61,341 nt of DNA from Fibrobacterota bacterium (lineage in GTDB: Bacteria > Fibrobacterota > Fibrobacteria > UBA5070): positions 1-61,341 of the forward strand of contig JBDKGS010000001.1 in the NCBI GenBank assembly GCA_039798065.1, read 5' to 3'. Every line of letters starts with the position of its first letter. Position 1 is the stretch's first letter. The translations under genes were made by a program, and so were the position numbers. The notes beneath the pieces are model-generated. The model was not told the DNA's origin, searched no databases, and worked only from the letters and a program-made list of their open reading frames with translations. Below are positions 38,301-44,496 of this stretch, piece by piece.

Positions 38301-39299
38301 CAGCAACAGGTATTGCGAATTCCCCGGCGTTCCAGCGGACATCACATCGGCGATCGACGAGGCCAGTCGCTGTCGAACTCCTGGCGACAATCGCCAAAGC
38401 TCGCCCGAAGCTGGCGTCCATAGCAAGACCGAGCCTGAATGTAAACTGTCGTCTGGGAGCAAACGGCCGACCTGGGGAGCGGTGTCAACCACACCGGTTT
38501 GCCAGAAGATCCTCTTGTCCGCGGCAAGCAGGACCCATTGCCGATTCCCCGACGCCTTCCAAAAGCCCGCTCCGCTCCACTGCACTCCCGTGGGAAGATT
38601 CGGAAGCAATGTATCGGTTGCCAAGTTGGTTCCACTCACCCATACCTGGCTGCCATTCCACGAAAGCACGCGATAACCGCTTCCATTGGGCCAAACCTTG
38701 ACACCCAGCATCGTGGCGGAATTCGACGAACTTTGATTCTGCACAAGACGCTGCGCGCCCGTGCACATCATCCAGCCACGTTTTCCGGATGCCAGGTAGA
38801 CCAGAGTGTCCCCAGCCCACTCCACCGTGGAAGGGCTGCTTGCGAACCACGCCTGATGACGACTTGAATCTCGGAGATTGGAGCCATTCCATGCGCGCAG
38901 AAGGATGTAACCGGCTCCATTCACATCCTTGACCGGCATAGCAATCGAGTCGCTGATCCCTCCCTTGATCACCATAGCACCACCGATCGCGATCAGGTTC
39001 GGAGGTACAACTGTCGGTGCATTGGTGATACCCACGACAGCAGGCAAGCCTCCACCCTTGGGTAACGCTAGAACCCGTCCATTTGGGGAAAGAAACACCA
39101 GCTGAGAACCTGGAATGAGCCCGTCAAGAATGCCAAGGCTTGAGAAAGCCCAGCCGAGCACAGGAAGAAGTAGAGCGAGTAGAGCAAGGCGAGTTTTGTT
39201 TAGCACGGTGGCCGCAAATTTACCCTTGGACACGCTGTGCCCCAAGGAAATTTCTTCGCAAGTCATTGATATGCAACATTTTGCACACTTCAAGCCCAT
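23307..39299 (-). CDS. giant secreted multidomain protein (5,330 aa): Ig-like/FlgD-Ig-like, PKD-like and CBM-like modules
   Basis: Single uninterrupted 15,993-nt ORF. N-terminal h-region LALLALLLPVLGWAFS. Recurrent Ig-like module signatures (GDYDAKWTLVDGAGN, GSYVMRATSANLDG, GLYRALVEAIQVDG, GTYQVQLQG). Two PKD-like segments (SFDPERRQLSYQWW; SVDPLGHPLQFHWID). Three beta-sandwich CBM3/cohesin-like signatures (LRLRAFY, LRIRAEYW, VNLVYWI). The start could be 39299 or 39266. Confidence 0.88.
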   Translation of the reverse strand: MGLKCAKCCISMTCEEISLGHSVSKGKFAATVLNKTRLALLALLLPVLGWAFSSLGILDGLIPGSQLVFLSPNGRVLALPKGGGLPAVVGITNAPTVVPPNLIAIGGAMVIKGGISDSIAMPVKDVNGAGYILLRAWNGSNLRDSSRHQAWFASSPSTVEWAGDTLVYLASGKRGWMMCTGAQRLVQNQSSSNSATMLGVKVWPNGSGYRVLSWNGSQVWVSGTNLATDTLLPNLPTGVQWSGAGFWKASGNRQWVLLAADKRIFWQTGVVDTAPQVGRLLPDDSLHSGSVLLWTPASGELWRLSPGVRQRLASSIADVMSAGTPGNSQYLLLGGTLATAAATLGEGIRFLGSLHQPGHPEIGSFRVDPALFSPKLIGASITAGILAPGSAAWRVWLKRPKGDTFTLQTGSVLPSGTLSLQWSGKISNGTTPDSTGMWKAFIQVVRGPSTVLDSTGFELDAIAPVGAGIWSTSSSTNTVSPTTPWSANLTGAIDNKDSTRPVTLVVRFARNGQVYTSSFLRSSRADHKWTFNGQLSDGSMLPEGDYDAKWTLVDGAGNASDSSSAFVTGVTGAVRVRWSGPSVRASVTPIQVAASAPISTFVHVDVSGTALAYDTIKITGPDSVKANSVVVRLDTKGVGTADIPVTSKARTAGTWFWSVVVSESGLSSTASAVMFVGAVGPRISYPSNGTVLKAKGGSIIVRGIAPDPSPKDTGTAVYRLSLHPGSLAVPASTNWAFLKSLPSTQLLSVMEAKALPGAARITQDLSSIPGSVGTALRLGLDENLATFDPRNLRDTLYTLVLWTGKGELVQTASATFTLDRSGFANRSISLPLLSPLSGILDRSDSDTANDTLRWLLSGASGLSSTLSVWTTGLGIVSQRVWQGSPMDSSVKFGGYGSDGKALPTGSYVMRATSANLDGQWIAESPFTVVASPLSWNSSLLKVSPSYVDFSMARILGGALQLQCKVALPRLDTTRLVIRGPNDTSSILAVVGQKTVSSWEGSWTGEDQAGRLWLDPTSSPFAGASTGRLVVGLERKQGGAWFEIDRDTVRFGDMLARQVASSSLTVQGKTENGLRVADLISDYKLRAQFAGNLLYFPPRDVTFDIRPYGKQVVRQYFPTDYQIYWAKYYNSIAGFENYSGDYESNGWYLSWGRTRHDDRVRQVMKKQIPFWMLANAGNTGMGVRSGMNVVSPNANGIDRTMRVGIPPRYQPDLDSEMIEIQRESMVYRFSPKAFFGSGVNSFNYDVSSDPFSVTNSGYSGYHEDDPIGALFAYNKSRYDVTADTNNFQFCNEIGSTGTYRDPQPVEYDQSLERLMIRALTVQHPEWARCPSPQHDSLPSPWTLRCLCYPDGRRALRWGTWDPRIDSTFAFAYQACEDSTLAAVYINMKNAGIAIPQSPVTLQDYFSNIVGALNGSAWSAPDNISASFHLTRPRTKGVIDDAWWLSAPTDWSQSYYVYGPGYRKIYHDSVGVPLYSLARRFDEVLTQDGSFHNRIQSIHDSEIVRVGFDRIIPADSTKDSTSNSDDFKYRLRPGQGPWFMRKHPSFTGCCSDDWGYKYSIGNNYHHYTKMDDPWGMKVQTAYTVPPRLNWMNPWFYVGDTGTTVVRKMLYANDSLSWTDEFPWGDVNGERTNNSLATLGGYKEGQVGYWFRPALDSEHRVFRANAYGEILSEVDYVKDYSHHIHLDPSNPGVYSNHNLRFEPRLVVSPRTRGVVWDTVGIDWPLPGATADHIDASSMQDSGFGDTTNWGRTWIQVHRTLQPDSLWIPRVTNFGATAADSIRLSLWSLFPRLPGEPLTGGVTGRMDSLYNFVRLKSLAWGVSPLDARGMLIPDQTRLRWNLNLSSDTTFTWLDRWKNATQNLTVRKPVLTAGYVLQPDTLQAWSSQQDPILKDRSGWIYLRDSMNPSPMTGFDPVHSNISLVPTSAADSVVQAAPCYRPWVTSAFVRVHDSGSSLCKDSLGLNPNLLLSGSQARWNVEIYYPDGQTPNLDLGQGSTSNLQSMTLRLSDNRSSQRWVRLQGGLADTIQNGGKTFSLVRWRVFGSNNGQAIDLDLPVSQTDSVQIKVGIHKAKTGDNTWTPSDVPDLAWWNVTGQQGASQFLVQGVYANATDSLATWTKVPFVLGQPRVSNASTKVADAYGRATLNMPPDSTNSGTPIVLNTLSGQDLASLPLAGAVPMGPVIKMSPSGTRFSTPATLQYRMTLRELLSQMNRPASKDSLVTTRAKWSEAWTWAISELAIWEISDGGQFEAAPTSLTFAGDTSGSLVSLDNLQVVLTGLISHFSYAAVLHKDPSKNLAPRWISAIRSGTGLAMSLDAQQAISLGAKPQLIRVRLSATPSADTGKFALGEMVLTLHQGRIDTVVASLPSAWSQILSRTSGYLFARFDGGSSWSSIVVRDSSSKVSFGPVTVAPSFAHSNCSDTVRLSFNSNLSGIARAKVVNSSGTVVGNLLGSVVAGLDTLKWSVCNGATPAPKGLYRALVEAIQVDGTSVADSSLNLAVWGIDTLVPSLGAIQVPDPAMVPREVAGVSISATDTGWPSTTTWSAKIRRVFDERGVGADSVWRALATPIAASDSVRAVWDARNGLAWAPRGTYQVQLQGLAGSFKISRTALFGVDTETSAISLSLSSTATPYQGDRVPAALTGSNLASWKLRILKDSNQIGELTGVGSRNLSLQLLLRTDTLPSGRYKACAIGMGLLGSNRQVCQDLVIRPLVPRLASMTARPSDTLWSGWPEGTFQRHRNRVNTWVLTGQADRSGRLIRQISRNGLVVRQDTLPVLFGSFAWTWDGRVSGKLLPEGLVQIKVWADNATSSPDTSYSWSIQIHRVPRAFVWAGTVADTLAATLVNSLTANGVLTSRGDASAASEYLLDNPKGTLVMLDTAISSKLWSGRSAGGLIPWTLSGGNAVFAGAPALSAWRDSLGAVRKASDTDYARMSIYGGPTAGTSAAAQRSFARGIRYAGLRVDSLDDFSRRIWSHDTGSIMSWSLRLRWFDSIGVDVESGLLKHRVDSLHQLNQRGRDSVYLDSNLAGSLNYYPAQDAGLRKGQILELPQIAGIADASNAGQLIWTQLLVPDFGISRSDVRVAAAPVGARTSAQWRPIPGDSLKLSLSIRVRDGGMDTLPDSAVLDLKKIPGLWNDTVLVVKHLKTGTIALPQLPVKLPVNFPYGQASIAVSIRPFQLGTLAEQYLGNNSIQGQFLVGDIAAPGLAWKDRLDGQFAGLPLRLAPVAAGKPFFVTASAWSRHHQSRWSYAWELRSSQGNRLDGDSTTSTQSDSTRWVISGNIDPDATDGSMQSAMLRAHDAFNNTDSIQVRLRVDAVKPVLGAFTVGGRQGGLDTANGNLVTFRLPSNAKAVDTASIAISDNQQFGRVILVTSAGDSVSWLDTVKLGSLNLKRPVPVTKITPYDTVTSENVMSLVVRDLAGNDTTVRFQVISEPPPLPQIFHVRIPSNGGTLQYPTILDSFSSSLSRSRVDSMVRAGQGFVLRPIPKEDTENAIYGWTNGDSGIQVRQSHRGVPMDFVFAPQTNGQISLMSVTMDGNVVNTPPAAFQAYGDLLSQHPTQRLIEITPSKAHHRLVFRASDAYESDSLVLMLDDSLADLQVVDSSQDHNGLGADWGEVYMRRNVYQPSGISLPQTWDYWLIQRRNSMAPGERDNHIYRLLVDADGDSATGDTTNSIPRGFKGADVTLEWTNLTTADDGSAAQVTMYRWNDTLKHWIQSASGHEGLDLLAGYGFHQNEPDNPNTDSLGRGDQRLPSGVVAPASAGVTEIGVRSGLTNSLHPIRWAIVPDGFAGDTVRDSSGGMLKFEPRDYKPVNVDGDASEWWPNNTPINIEVRSKTDTLGDSLRVLIGLKNSSTRTIRGVNLVYWIMSDSIPTASLSEMPYEWRRMRVASTVVDSSKIVDTLRRLATWRISISCDSCMLPGGSYFSPVAFLKIKRNSPKASSALDWSNSFDSSIANPHFTAYDASGVILFGSEPPPRALRLPVARITPSGVLWTTVGQPLVLRADSSFDPERRQLSYQWWHSRTGTNNTSTIDTFVASRPGVYEVSLKVFDGSDLQRSAWATDSIYVQDTLGAMGARPVLADAVYLFDDQWDSKWQSWDIQDSAKTVDSLFGLDGTRHAINPARGTKLLSVPFDSASDYTYLRATCDSSYWNANGTPWCPDEIDLSKFTNLEFKIAMDAGLKDPIRVWLDRVMQNNGQGNGAREEDFAYVNSYLKDMSDPSHWQTVSIPLKEIYTEPQLRQGWLQLKFMTNTGRLTSAMRYRPRVLLDDIRLVKYKTVDSQIVTTRKTGLQVMANTIQYGDPSQLSMVVRLLNQGSLPLQLDSLRLRAFYQSKQFQTIGDTTWVGPDTVALDWNRGMPTDSTIDGPQLKMAALSHDSLVPPGLHSNHFGEIRWVGNTSGPDVGLKLQSTASASFWFAVENYSGRLAHSGLPANRIPMTSFDGVRSLAWSWPNLDSIDQFAPHIILDHLMSNGDWVRAWGLAPNEDSRTVSYWTPEDLVDPVMAIDSIHQIRAHITVNGNTTPGARLFASADASVDPLGHPLQFHWIDSIGRVIRVGSIDSFVVPDTGKIVLRLRAFDILDPTRVGLDSVTVWSTSSAKAIDSLQILTGSRGTWIPGSAWGSTSTAFPSWKASVDLVARDGSCPVRLLPIAGDSILSLPFSSVTLDGVRFDAPTAALDRNRFTHLEFWVASSREWPTRNHRDVPVRIWLTHQVQPGTGDNNHSSEEDFNLIQAYLPSSHLLRRWQKVSIPLDELYQTSLSANSDMTKLFLKFMLDNTASSEVDSARRADLYLTGIRFAKYDPGTRVTTRRIGAIAVGSAYPIPNLGSTRMDFRLLNVAPQPLFSDSLRIRAEYWNSSSVGSSFSNNIGAMGTDESVSSNWFVPQDTAWSFALSTDIVGRNANRGHQLTWASSVPLAAGKGWEAIWSLGFSDSVFSNGQSRQHFAPDASPSSALFDGIVIDYKQAGGWKRLWGTEAWESPDTVTYWAREGIRVPADTAMPSAAVVNLSGACVDSTGLIGTTTNTSIAAGDVAALPSTGRDPLLITQSVTDAGRKGVQVIQSKPDWNIKHTFIFDTAWVHHSVVDVEVYVDPAQMTGTAWAGTLMASTFDNQTWSTLELTPLSGTALDSAVGKWITLRFQYNPASYVLGRPFDLQFLANGHGNGTSSFKFDIGSVSVEGASGSGGDSTVVDTNYTAPSNSISMDSLSRFISCNQCAIVTDGSRKATAFAPVGGGTALAFTVPVDSSLTIARTLSFDLKSEFVLQGWEQAWFFVDDSPYRYNWDQYLANIPNSVSTGWTTINIPFSGSLYGLGTTAKFMLSVNANAPNGTRMLVDNVRWTP

Positions 39300-39386
39300 T
39301 CATTTCAGCGTCCTCAGAATTGAGACGAGCAACAGCTTTTGCTTCGGTCCGCTCAGAACAGACAATCGGACCACCTTCAAATTCGG

Positions 39387-40214
39387 TCATCCCCATCCCT
39401 CCTCCAAAAAGGTGTAACGGGCGGAGTCGTAGATCGGGGCGTCACCGAGCGTCGGCAACCCAACCTCTTCGGCTGGCAACCGGATCCGAACAGCGCTGGG
39501 AACGAACACAAAGTCCACTCGGCCCGCACTCGCACACCCCAACAGCTGTTGTCGTGGAAAACGGTCGCCGCAGGGAAAGGCCCCGCGCCCCTCGGGGTAG
39601 CCAAAGACGGGAATCCGCCAGACCTCGCCATCGCCGGCCTGGTCCGAAAACTCCTCGTGCAGGTACTTCGCTATCAGATGCCTGAGAACGCAGTAGACGC
39701 CGTGCCAGCAGCCAAGCGATGGGAGCCCATCATCCAGCACAGGACTTTGATAGATACCTCGGCAGCTTCGCTGGAAGTTCGCCAATGCTTGTGACGGCTG
39801 CCCTTGCACAAGATGACCAAGCGTGTTCGTGTCACAGCCCCAGTTCATTAGGGCTGCAACACCAGCAAGGGTCAACGACAACTCCTGGATCGAAGCAGAA
39901 GACGCAGCCAGCCGCCACGCCGCCGAATCGCACTCTAGGATGGATCGCACAGCCAAGGCTCGCCTGGCCGACAAGTTGTAACAGGCCTGCTCCGAGCTCG
40001 CGTCGTCGGCGTGCCCAAAGACGACCAAGCGAGCTCCAGACAGGGACGGCGAATGCCCGATCACCTGCGCGATGCTTTTGGCAAGCACACCATCTCGATC
40101 CAGACACGGCATGTGCCCACCCCGAACGAAGTGCCGACTGCCAAGGCTTACCGCAGCAAGCGACGCCAACTTCTTCTTCGACTTCGGGAAGATCAATAAC
40201 ACCTCTGCGCGCAC
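39387..40214 (-). CDS. OmpA-like (peptidoglycan-associating) domain protein
   Basis: OmpA C-terminal-like core LVVFGHADDASSEQACYNLSARRALAVRSIL (pattern GHxD..N..LS..RA.AV). A following segment resembles a PG_binding_1-type helix bundle (ALANFQRSC). No obvious signal peptide, so the start is uncertain. Confidence 0.6.
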   Translation of the reverse strand: MRAEVLLIFPKSKKKLASLAAVSLGSRHFVRGGHMPCLDRDGVLAKSIAQVIGHSPSLSGARLVVFGHADDASSEQACYNLSARRALAVRSILECDSAAWRLAASSASIQELSLTLAGVAALMNWGCDTNTLGHLVQGQPSQALANFQRSCRGIYQSPVLDDGLPSLGCWHGVYCVLRHLIAKYLHEEFSDQAGDGEVWRIPVFGYPEGRGAFPCGDRFPRQQLLGCASAGRVDFVFVPSAVRIRLPAEEVGLPTLGDAPIYDSARYTFLEEGWG

Positions 40215-40344
40215 GGAAGTTCGCTGTAGATCCGGAAATCATTCACCCGACCAGCTTCATCAGAGGCAGGCATCATTGCCCCTCCGCTCGACAATGATGG
40301 CGAGTACGAAGCCGCCTTTTCGCATCACGATCACTTCCGCTCCC

Positions 40345-41757
40345 TTATTTCCTGGGACGAGACGGCGATTCATCCTGACTCAAATTCAAAGGAAATGTCA
40401 CCACGGTAGACTCACCATCAAATGGACCGAAATGAATGTTCCTGGCCCCATGCATGAGTGCATTATCAAGCTGAATGCTGCCGGTTTCGGACGATACGAC
40501 CCGGACCGCGGAAACATCACCTGTCGGTGCGATAGTCAGCTGAAGCTTGATCCTGCCGCCCAGTCCAGTGTTCTGTTTGGCCAACTCCAAGAAGATCGAT
40601 CGTAGATCATCCAGGCTTCCACGTATGACTTCCTGAATCGACTCCATTGAACGCTTTGGCGGTGGTTTGATGTTCAGCAGCGGCACATCCTGTTCCACTC
40701 CTTGCATACTTGTCTTCGAGCCAGAAACCAGAGACACCCATCTCCCGTCAAACTCGTAGACCTCTTCTTGTGTCCTAGCCTGACCATGCGCCTTGGGAGC
40801 TGGAAATTTGACGGTGACACCGTTCTTTCGCTTGTTCATGGTAATGACAGGCTCGATGTCACATTCGGGAATCGCGATCATTCGCACGACTCCTGTGTCA
40901 TTGAACGCAATCAGCCGCAAGCCGCGATACGGGCAAGCACTGCCTCCAAGCGCGCCAGCGTTATCGTTCAACACGACGATCTGTTCAGCAGCCCCGGTCA
41001 ACCCCGTGAAATTGGAATTCACGTCAACTCCCCAAAGCTCACGGCTCGAGTCTGCCCATATAACCTTGCCCTGAACCAAAATTGCCGTCGCTTGGATGGA
41101 ATCTTTCTCGAAGTTTGTCTTGCGAAATTGGAGTGGCCCTGCGAGAGTCGCAACACCCACTGGATCCAAGTCTCCCGTGGCCTCCGAAACTTCTCCACTG
41201 ATCAGTGTTGCACGCATTGGCGAAACAAGACGCTGAGAATCAACAAGGACAGCTTTGACAACCGTGAGGCCGGCAACAGTGAACGGAGCACTGTAAATGG
41301 GCGAATTGATGCTTGGTTGAGATCCGTCGATGGTGTAGAAGATCTTGGCTCCAGGCCTTGATTCCATGACCACGGCACCAACGCCTTGCTTGTCTACCAG
41401 AGCATTGATCTTCGGCGCAGCGAATTCCGCTTCACCAGCCTTGGAAACTGAAAGCGTATCCATTTTCCCATAGCCGCGGAATCCATCCGATGGAGCAGGA
41501 AGGACCATCGACCGAACCAACTGAGCAGCATTTTCACGATCTTCTTTCGCCCCCTCTTTCGTGGCGGCCAGCTTTGCAGGTCGTGACGCCTGTGACGCTG
41601 CTTGAACTTGTGCCGTGGCGAAAAGAAAGGCGAGTACGGAAAAGCAACACGCGTTGGTAAACACAGAGATCTCCTTGTGAATCGCTCCGGGTTTACGGTA
41701 GGCCGAAGTACTCGGCGACGAACTCTTCACTTGAACCAGCTTGCTCCAAGATTTCAT
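40345..41757 (-). CDS. secreted protein with chitobiase/Fn3-associated-like domain and TonB/AgmX-PglI-type C-terminal domain
   Basis: ATG at 41757 preceded by GGGAGG. Signal peptide CCFSVLAFLFATAQVQA. AKIFYTIDGSQPSINSPIYSAPFTV (CHB_HEX_C-like). C-terminus IQEVIRGSLDDLRSIF..GGRIKLQLTIAPTGDVSAVRVVSSE..FGPFDGESTVVTFPLNL matches the TonB-C/AgmX-PglI pattern. Confidence 0.6.
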   Translation of the reverse strand: MKSWSKLVQVKSSSPSTSAYRKPGAIHKEISVFTNACCFSVLAFLFATAQVQAASQASRPAKLAATKEGAKEDRENAAQLVRSMVLPAPSDGFRGYGKMDTLSVSKAGEAEFAAPKINALVDKQGVGAVVMESRPGAKIFYTIDGSQPSINSPIYSAPFTVAGLTVVKAVLVDSQRLVSPMRATLISGEVSEATGDLDPVGVATLAGPLQFRKTNFEKDSIQATAILVQGKVIWADSSRELWGVDVNSNFTGLTGAAEQIVVLNDNAGALGGSACPYRGLRLIAFNDTGVVRMIAIPECDIEPVITMNKRKNGVTVKFPAPKAHGQARTQEEVYEFDGRWVSLVSGSKTSMQGVEQDVPLLNIKPPPKRSMESIQEVIRGSLDDLRSIFLELAKQNTGLGGRIKLQLTIAPTGDVSAVRVVSSETGSIQLDNALMHGARNIHFGPFDGESTVVTFPLNLSQDESPSRPRK

Positions 41758-41788
41758 TGGCGCCTCCCTGCCGTAACTGCGTACGAAA

Positions 41789-43453
41789 TCAGAAACGTCC
41801 TTCAATAACCAGCTGATGTCGCAGATACACACCAGCCCCCATGACAAACCTGACGAAGTCGGGATCGATGGAGATCTCGGATTTGTTGGATTCAGACGAG
41901 CTTCCGTCGGACGATGAGCTGCTGGAGCTCGATGATTCCTTGGACGTGAAACTGGTGAGCATGTTGTAACCGAACATCCCCTTGTATCCGATGGACACGT
42001 ACCTGCCAAGATCCACGGTCACCGCAGCACCCAATCCGCCGCCTGCCGCGATCGATGTCGGCGCATCAAAGCTGGGCGTTGTGGTCGTCCACACCCCACC
42101 TTCTGTTGCATCCTTGAGCATTGCCGAACGACCTCCGTTGCCGGAGTAGTATAGTGCACTTTTGAAGTCACTTTCCTTGCCGACCACGACCATATCCGCG
42201 CCGATCTGGAGCAACGGGCCGATGGAGAACCGCTCTGGAACCACGTACCATGTGAACCGTCCTTCGAGATCGAAATTCATCCAGTTGAAGTTGCCCCAGT
42301 TGCTGATCCCAAGATCGGCTCCCACACCAAATCCGGTTCCCTTCTCCCGCCAGCCACCGGAAAACGCCAAGCCAGCCAAGCCCCAAAAGTTCTTCGCACG
42401 ATAGTATGTGTTACCTGTCACTTTCTTCTGTGTGTACCCGGGAGCGAGACTCACGTACCAGTAGCTCATCCGTCCAGTTTCCCGGGGAAGTTCACGCAAC
42501 GCCTGCCCCGAGTCCACTGACGTTTCCCCTTCCACGATATGTGCGACGGAGACCTTTTCACGAACCTCAGTAAGCATGATCCGCCCCTTGGTTTGCTTCG
42601 ACACAGTCAGCACCTCACCGGTCTCCGGATCCCGAATCTCCTTGCCCTTGCTCGCGGCCTCGAACACATCACCGACGTTCAACCCGACATTCTTACCGCC
42701 GCGGATCCAGACCGTCTTGCCTTCCTTGCGGATGATCACCAACGACACACCTTGCTCGTCGGCCGGAAACAACTCCCGAAGGGACGCCCGCAAGTCTTTG
42801 ATCGCCAAGTCCATCGCCTTGGAGTAAGCGGCATTTGAACTTGCATCGGAGGTTGCCGCCCCACTGATCTGGTCACTGGCACCGACAACGGCACCTGTCT
42901 TGACGTCGATGAGCTTGTAGGTCAACGCTACCTGTGCGGAATAGATCGTGTTGCAGCCGGACTTGTCGCAGACGCTCTTGTTGGACACGGATGCATCGTA
43001 CGTGCCTGTCATAACATTGGTGGCTCCAGCCATCATTCCCAACTCCACTCCGTCCTGGGTCGCCCCCGAGTTTTGGAACTGCTGTTCCGAGGTAACGTGC
43101 TCCAGGGACGAGCGATCCAAAATCGTCCAACGACCGATCGAGGCCACAGCGGCTTCGACTTTGTCGGTCACGTATCTTCCCCACCCCGACGAGAGGGCTG
43201 CCGCTGAGGACCCACCTGGTTTGAAACCAACCACTGCGATTTTTGGCTTTTCCTTCTGCTTCGGCGCCACTGTGACAGCTATGGTCGGCTTTGTTGGAGC
43301 TGGATCAGCCGGGACAACAGGCGCTTCCGGCACCGAAACCTGTGCTTTGGTGCCCACCGGTACCCGCAGGTCGAATTCAGGCAAACTATCGGAAGCACTT
43401 GCGCTCCAGGTCATAATCGCGACCAGGACTGTTACTCGTGCACGAATGGACAT
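41789..43453 (-). CDS. CsgG/LpoB-like N-terminal domain fused to a predicted C-terminal beta-barrel (554 aa)
   Basis: ATG at 43453; signal peptide MSIRARVTVLVAIMTWSASA. PKIAVVGFKPGG..WGRYVTDKVEAAVASIGRWTILDRSSLEHVTSEQQFQNSG..GMMAGATNVMTGT follows the CsgG-family pattern. The C-terminal half has a G/Y/W-rich alternating-strand pattern ending ..HQLVIEGRF. Confidence 0.6.
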   Translation of the reverse strand: MSIRARVTVLVAIMTWSASASDSLPEFDLRVPVGTKAQVSVPEAPVVPADPAPTKPTIAVTVAPKQKEKPKIAVVGFKPGGSSAAALSSGWGRYVTDKVEAAVASIGRWTILDRSSLEHVTSEQQFQNSGATQDGVELGMMAGATNVMTGTYDASVSNKSVCDKSGCNTIYSAQVALTYKLIDVKTGAVVGASDQISGAATSDASSNAAYSKAMDLAIKDLRASLRELFPADEQGVSLVIIRKEGKTVWIRGGKNVGLNVGDVFEAASKGKEIRDPETGEVLTVSKQTKGRIMLTEVREKVSVAHIVEGETSVDSGQALRELPRETGRMSYWYVSLAPGYTQKKVTGNTYYRAKNFWGLAGLAFSGGWREKGTGFGVGADLGISNWGNFNWMNFDLEGRFTWYVVPERFSIGPLLQIGADMVVVGKESDFKSALYYSGNGGRSAMLKDATEGGVWTTTTPSFDAPTSIAAGGGLGAAVTVDLGRYVSIGYKGMFGYNMLTSFTSKESSSSSSSSSDGSSSESNKSEISIDPDFVRFVMGAGVYLRHQLVIEGRF

Positions 43454-43672
43454 GGATCTGCCTTTGGGAATGAGAAATGGCCACCTAGCAACTTCGATGA
43501 ACGCGGAATCAACGGCTGCTGTCGCGGCAAGCAGCCCACGAGATTCTACGTGATCGAGGATTCCAGAGAGAAGAGACGAGTCGCTCAAGGCGGGGTCTTT
43601 CCATGGTTGACGGGCTCATAGGAGTTGATCGACTCCAGTATAACTAGAGTCTGAATCAGGCGCAAGCCCAGA

Positions 43673-44113
43673 TTGGTAGCCCGAATCGCCACCGGTGCCG
43701 ACCTTTCCTGTGTGGACAATGACTGGCATGCACAAGCAACCGCGATCGGCTCCAAGATTCGAACGCATCGCCGCGCCAAGGGGATGACCCAGGCCGCCAT
43801 GGCCGATGCCTTGAAAGTCAGCTTCCAAAGCATCCAAGCATGGGAAAGCGGACAAGTCTTGGCCAGCATCCATCGCCTGACGGGTATCGCCAAAACCCTC
43901 GAAGTCCCACTCTCCGCCCTCCTGCCCGATGAACTGGCGAAGTCGGCCAAGGCCAAGGCTCCTCGCCAGAACGAGCTCCTGCTGAAACCGGTCGAGCTGA
44001 AAATGATCAAGAGCTACCGGCAGATCACGTCGAACAAATCCAGGACACTGGCGCGAAACATGATCAGCGCGCTTGCCGAAAACACCAGCAAGCCCAAGCC
44101 AGAGCGGTCGTAA
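43673..44113 (+). CDS. XRE-family helix-turn-helix transcriptional regulator
   Basis: Canonical HTH_3 segment IGSKIRTHRRAKGMTQAAMADALKVSFQSIQAWESGQVLASIHRLTGIAKTLEVPLSALL. Divergent from the CsgG-like operon. The start is non-ATG (TTG 43673 or GTG 43712). Confidence 0.8.
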   Translation: MVARIATGADLSCVDNDWHAQATAIGSKIRTHRRAKGMTQAAMADALKVSFQSIQAWESGQVLASIHRLTGIAKTLEVPLSALLPDELAKSAKAKAPRQNELLLKPVELKMIKSYRQITSNKSRTLARNMISALAENTSKPKPERS

Positions 44114-44496
44114 CGCAACCATTTTTGCGGTCGTCACATCGCGACGGACGCACACCCCTCGGGCGCAGTGCCCAGCTCCGCGAACAAGAATGCATCCCCG
44201 CACCTGCCAGCTGACCCGCCTGAGCCGCTCCAGCCTCTGACCAACGGACAGGATACAGGACGCAACCCCGCTACATAGCGAGGACATTACTGAAATTTCG
44301 CTATCGCCCATCTGGATCTGAGATGCCGTGATGTCCACGTGGTTCGTCCCGGGAAACTGTGCAGGTTTGCACAATTTCGAAGAGAAACGCACCTGTTTGA
44401 AGTCACAATCAAATTTTCCGTAGTTCGCTACTGGCTCAAGAAGCCACCATGACCTTAACAAGTTCACGAGCCTGTGTTCTCGACGTTTGGACATGT

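Noticed and set aside
39140-40297. + strand ORFs (181, 151 and 192 aa) upstream of the giant gene
   Set aside because: They are antisense to the OmpA-like gene and to the giant-gene 5' end, with Arg/Pro-rich shadow composition.
44335-44342. CCACGTGG palindrome downstream of parB as a possible parS site
   Set aside because: It is only an 8-bp palindrome whose flanks are not complementary. Palindromes of this length are expected many times by chance in 61 kb, and there is no second copy nearby.
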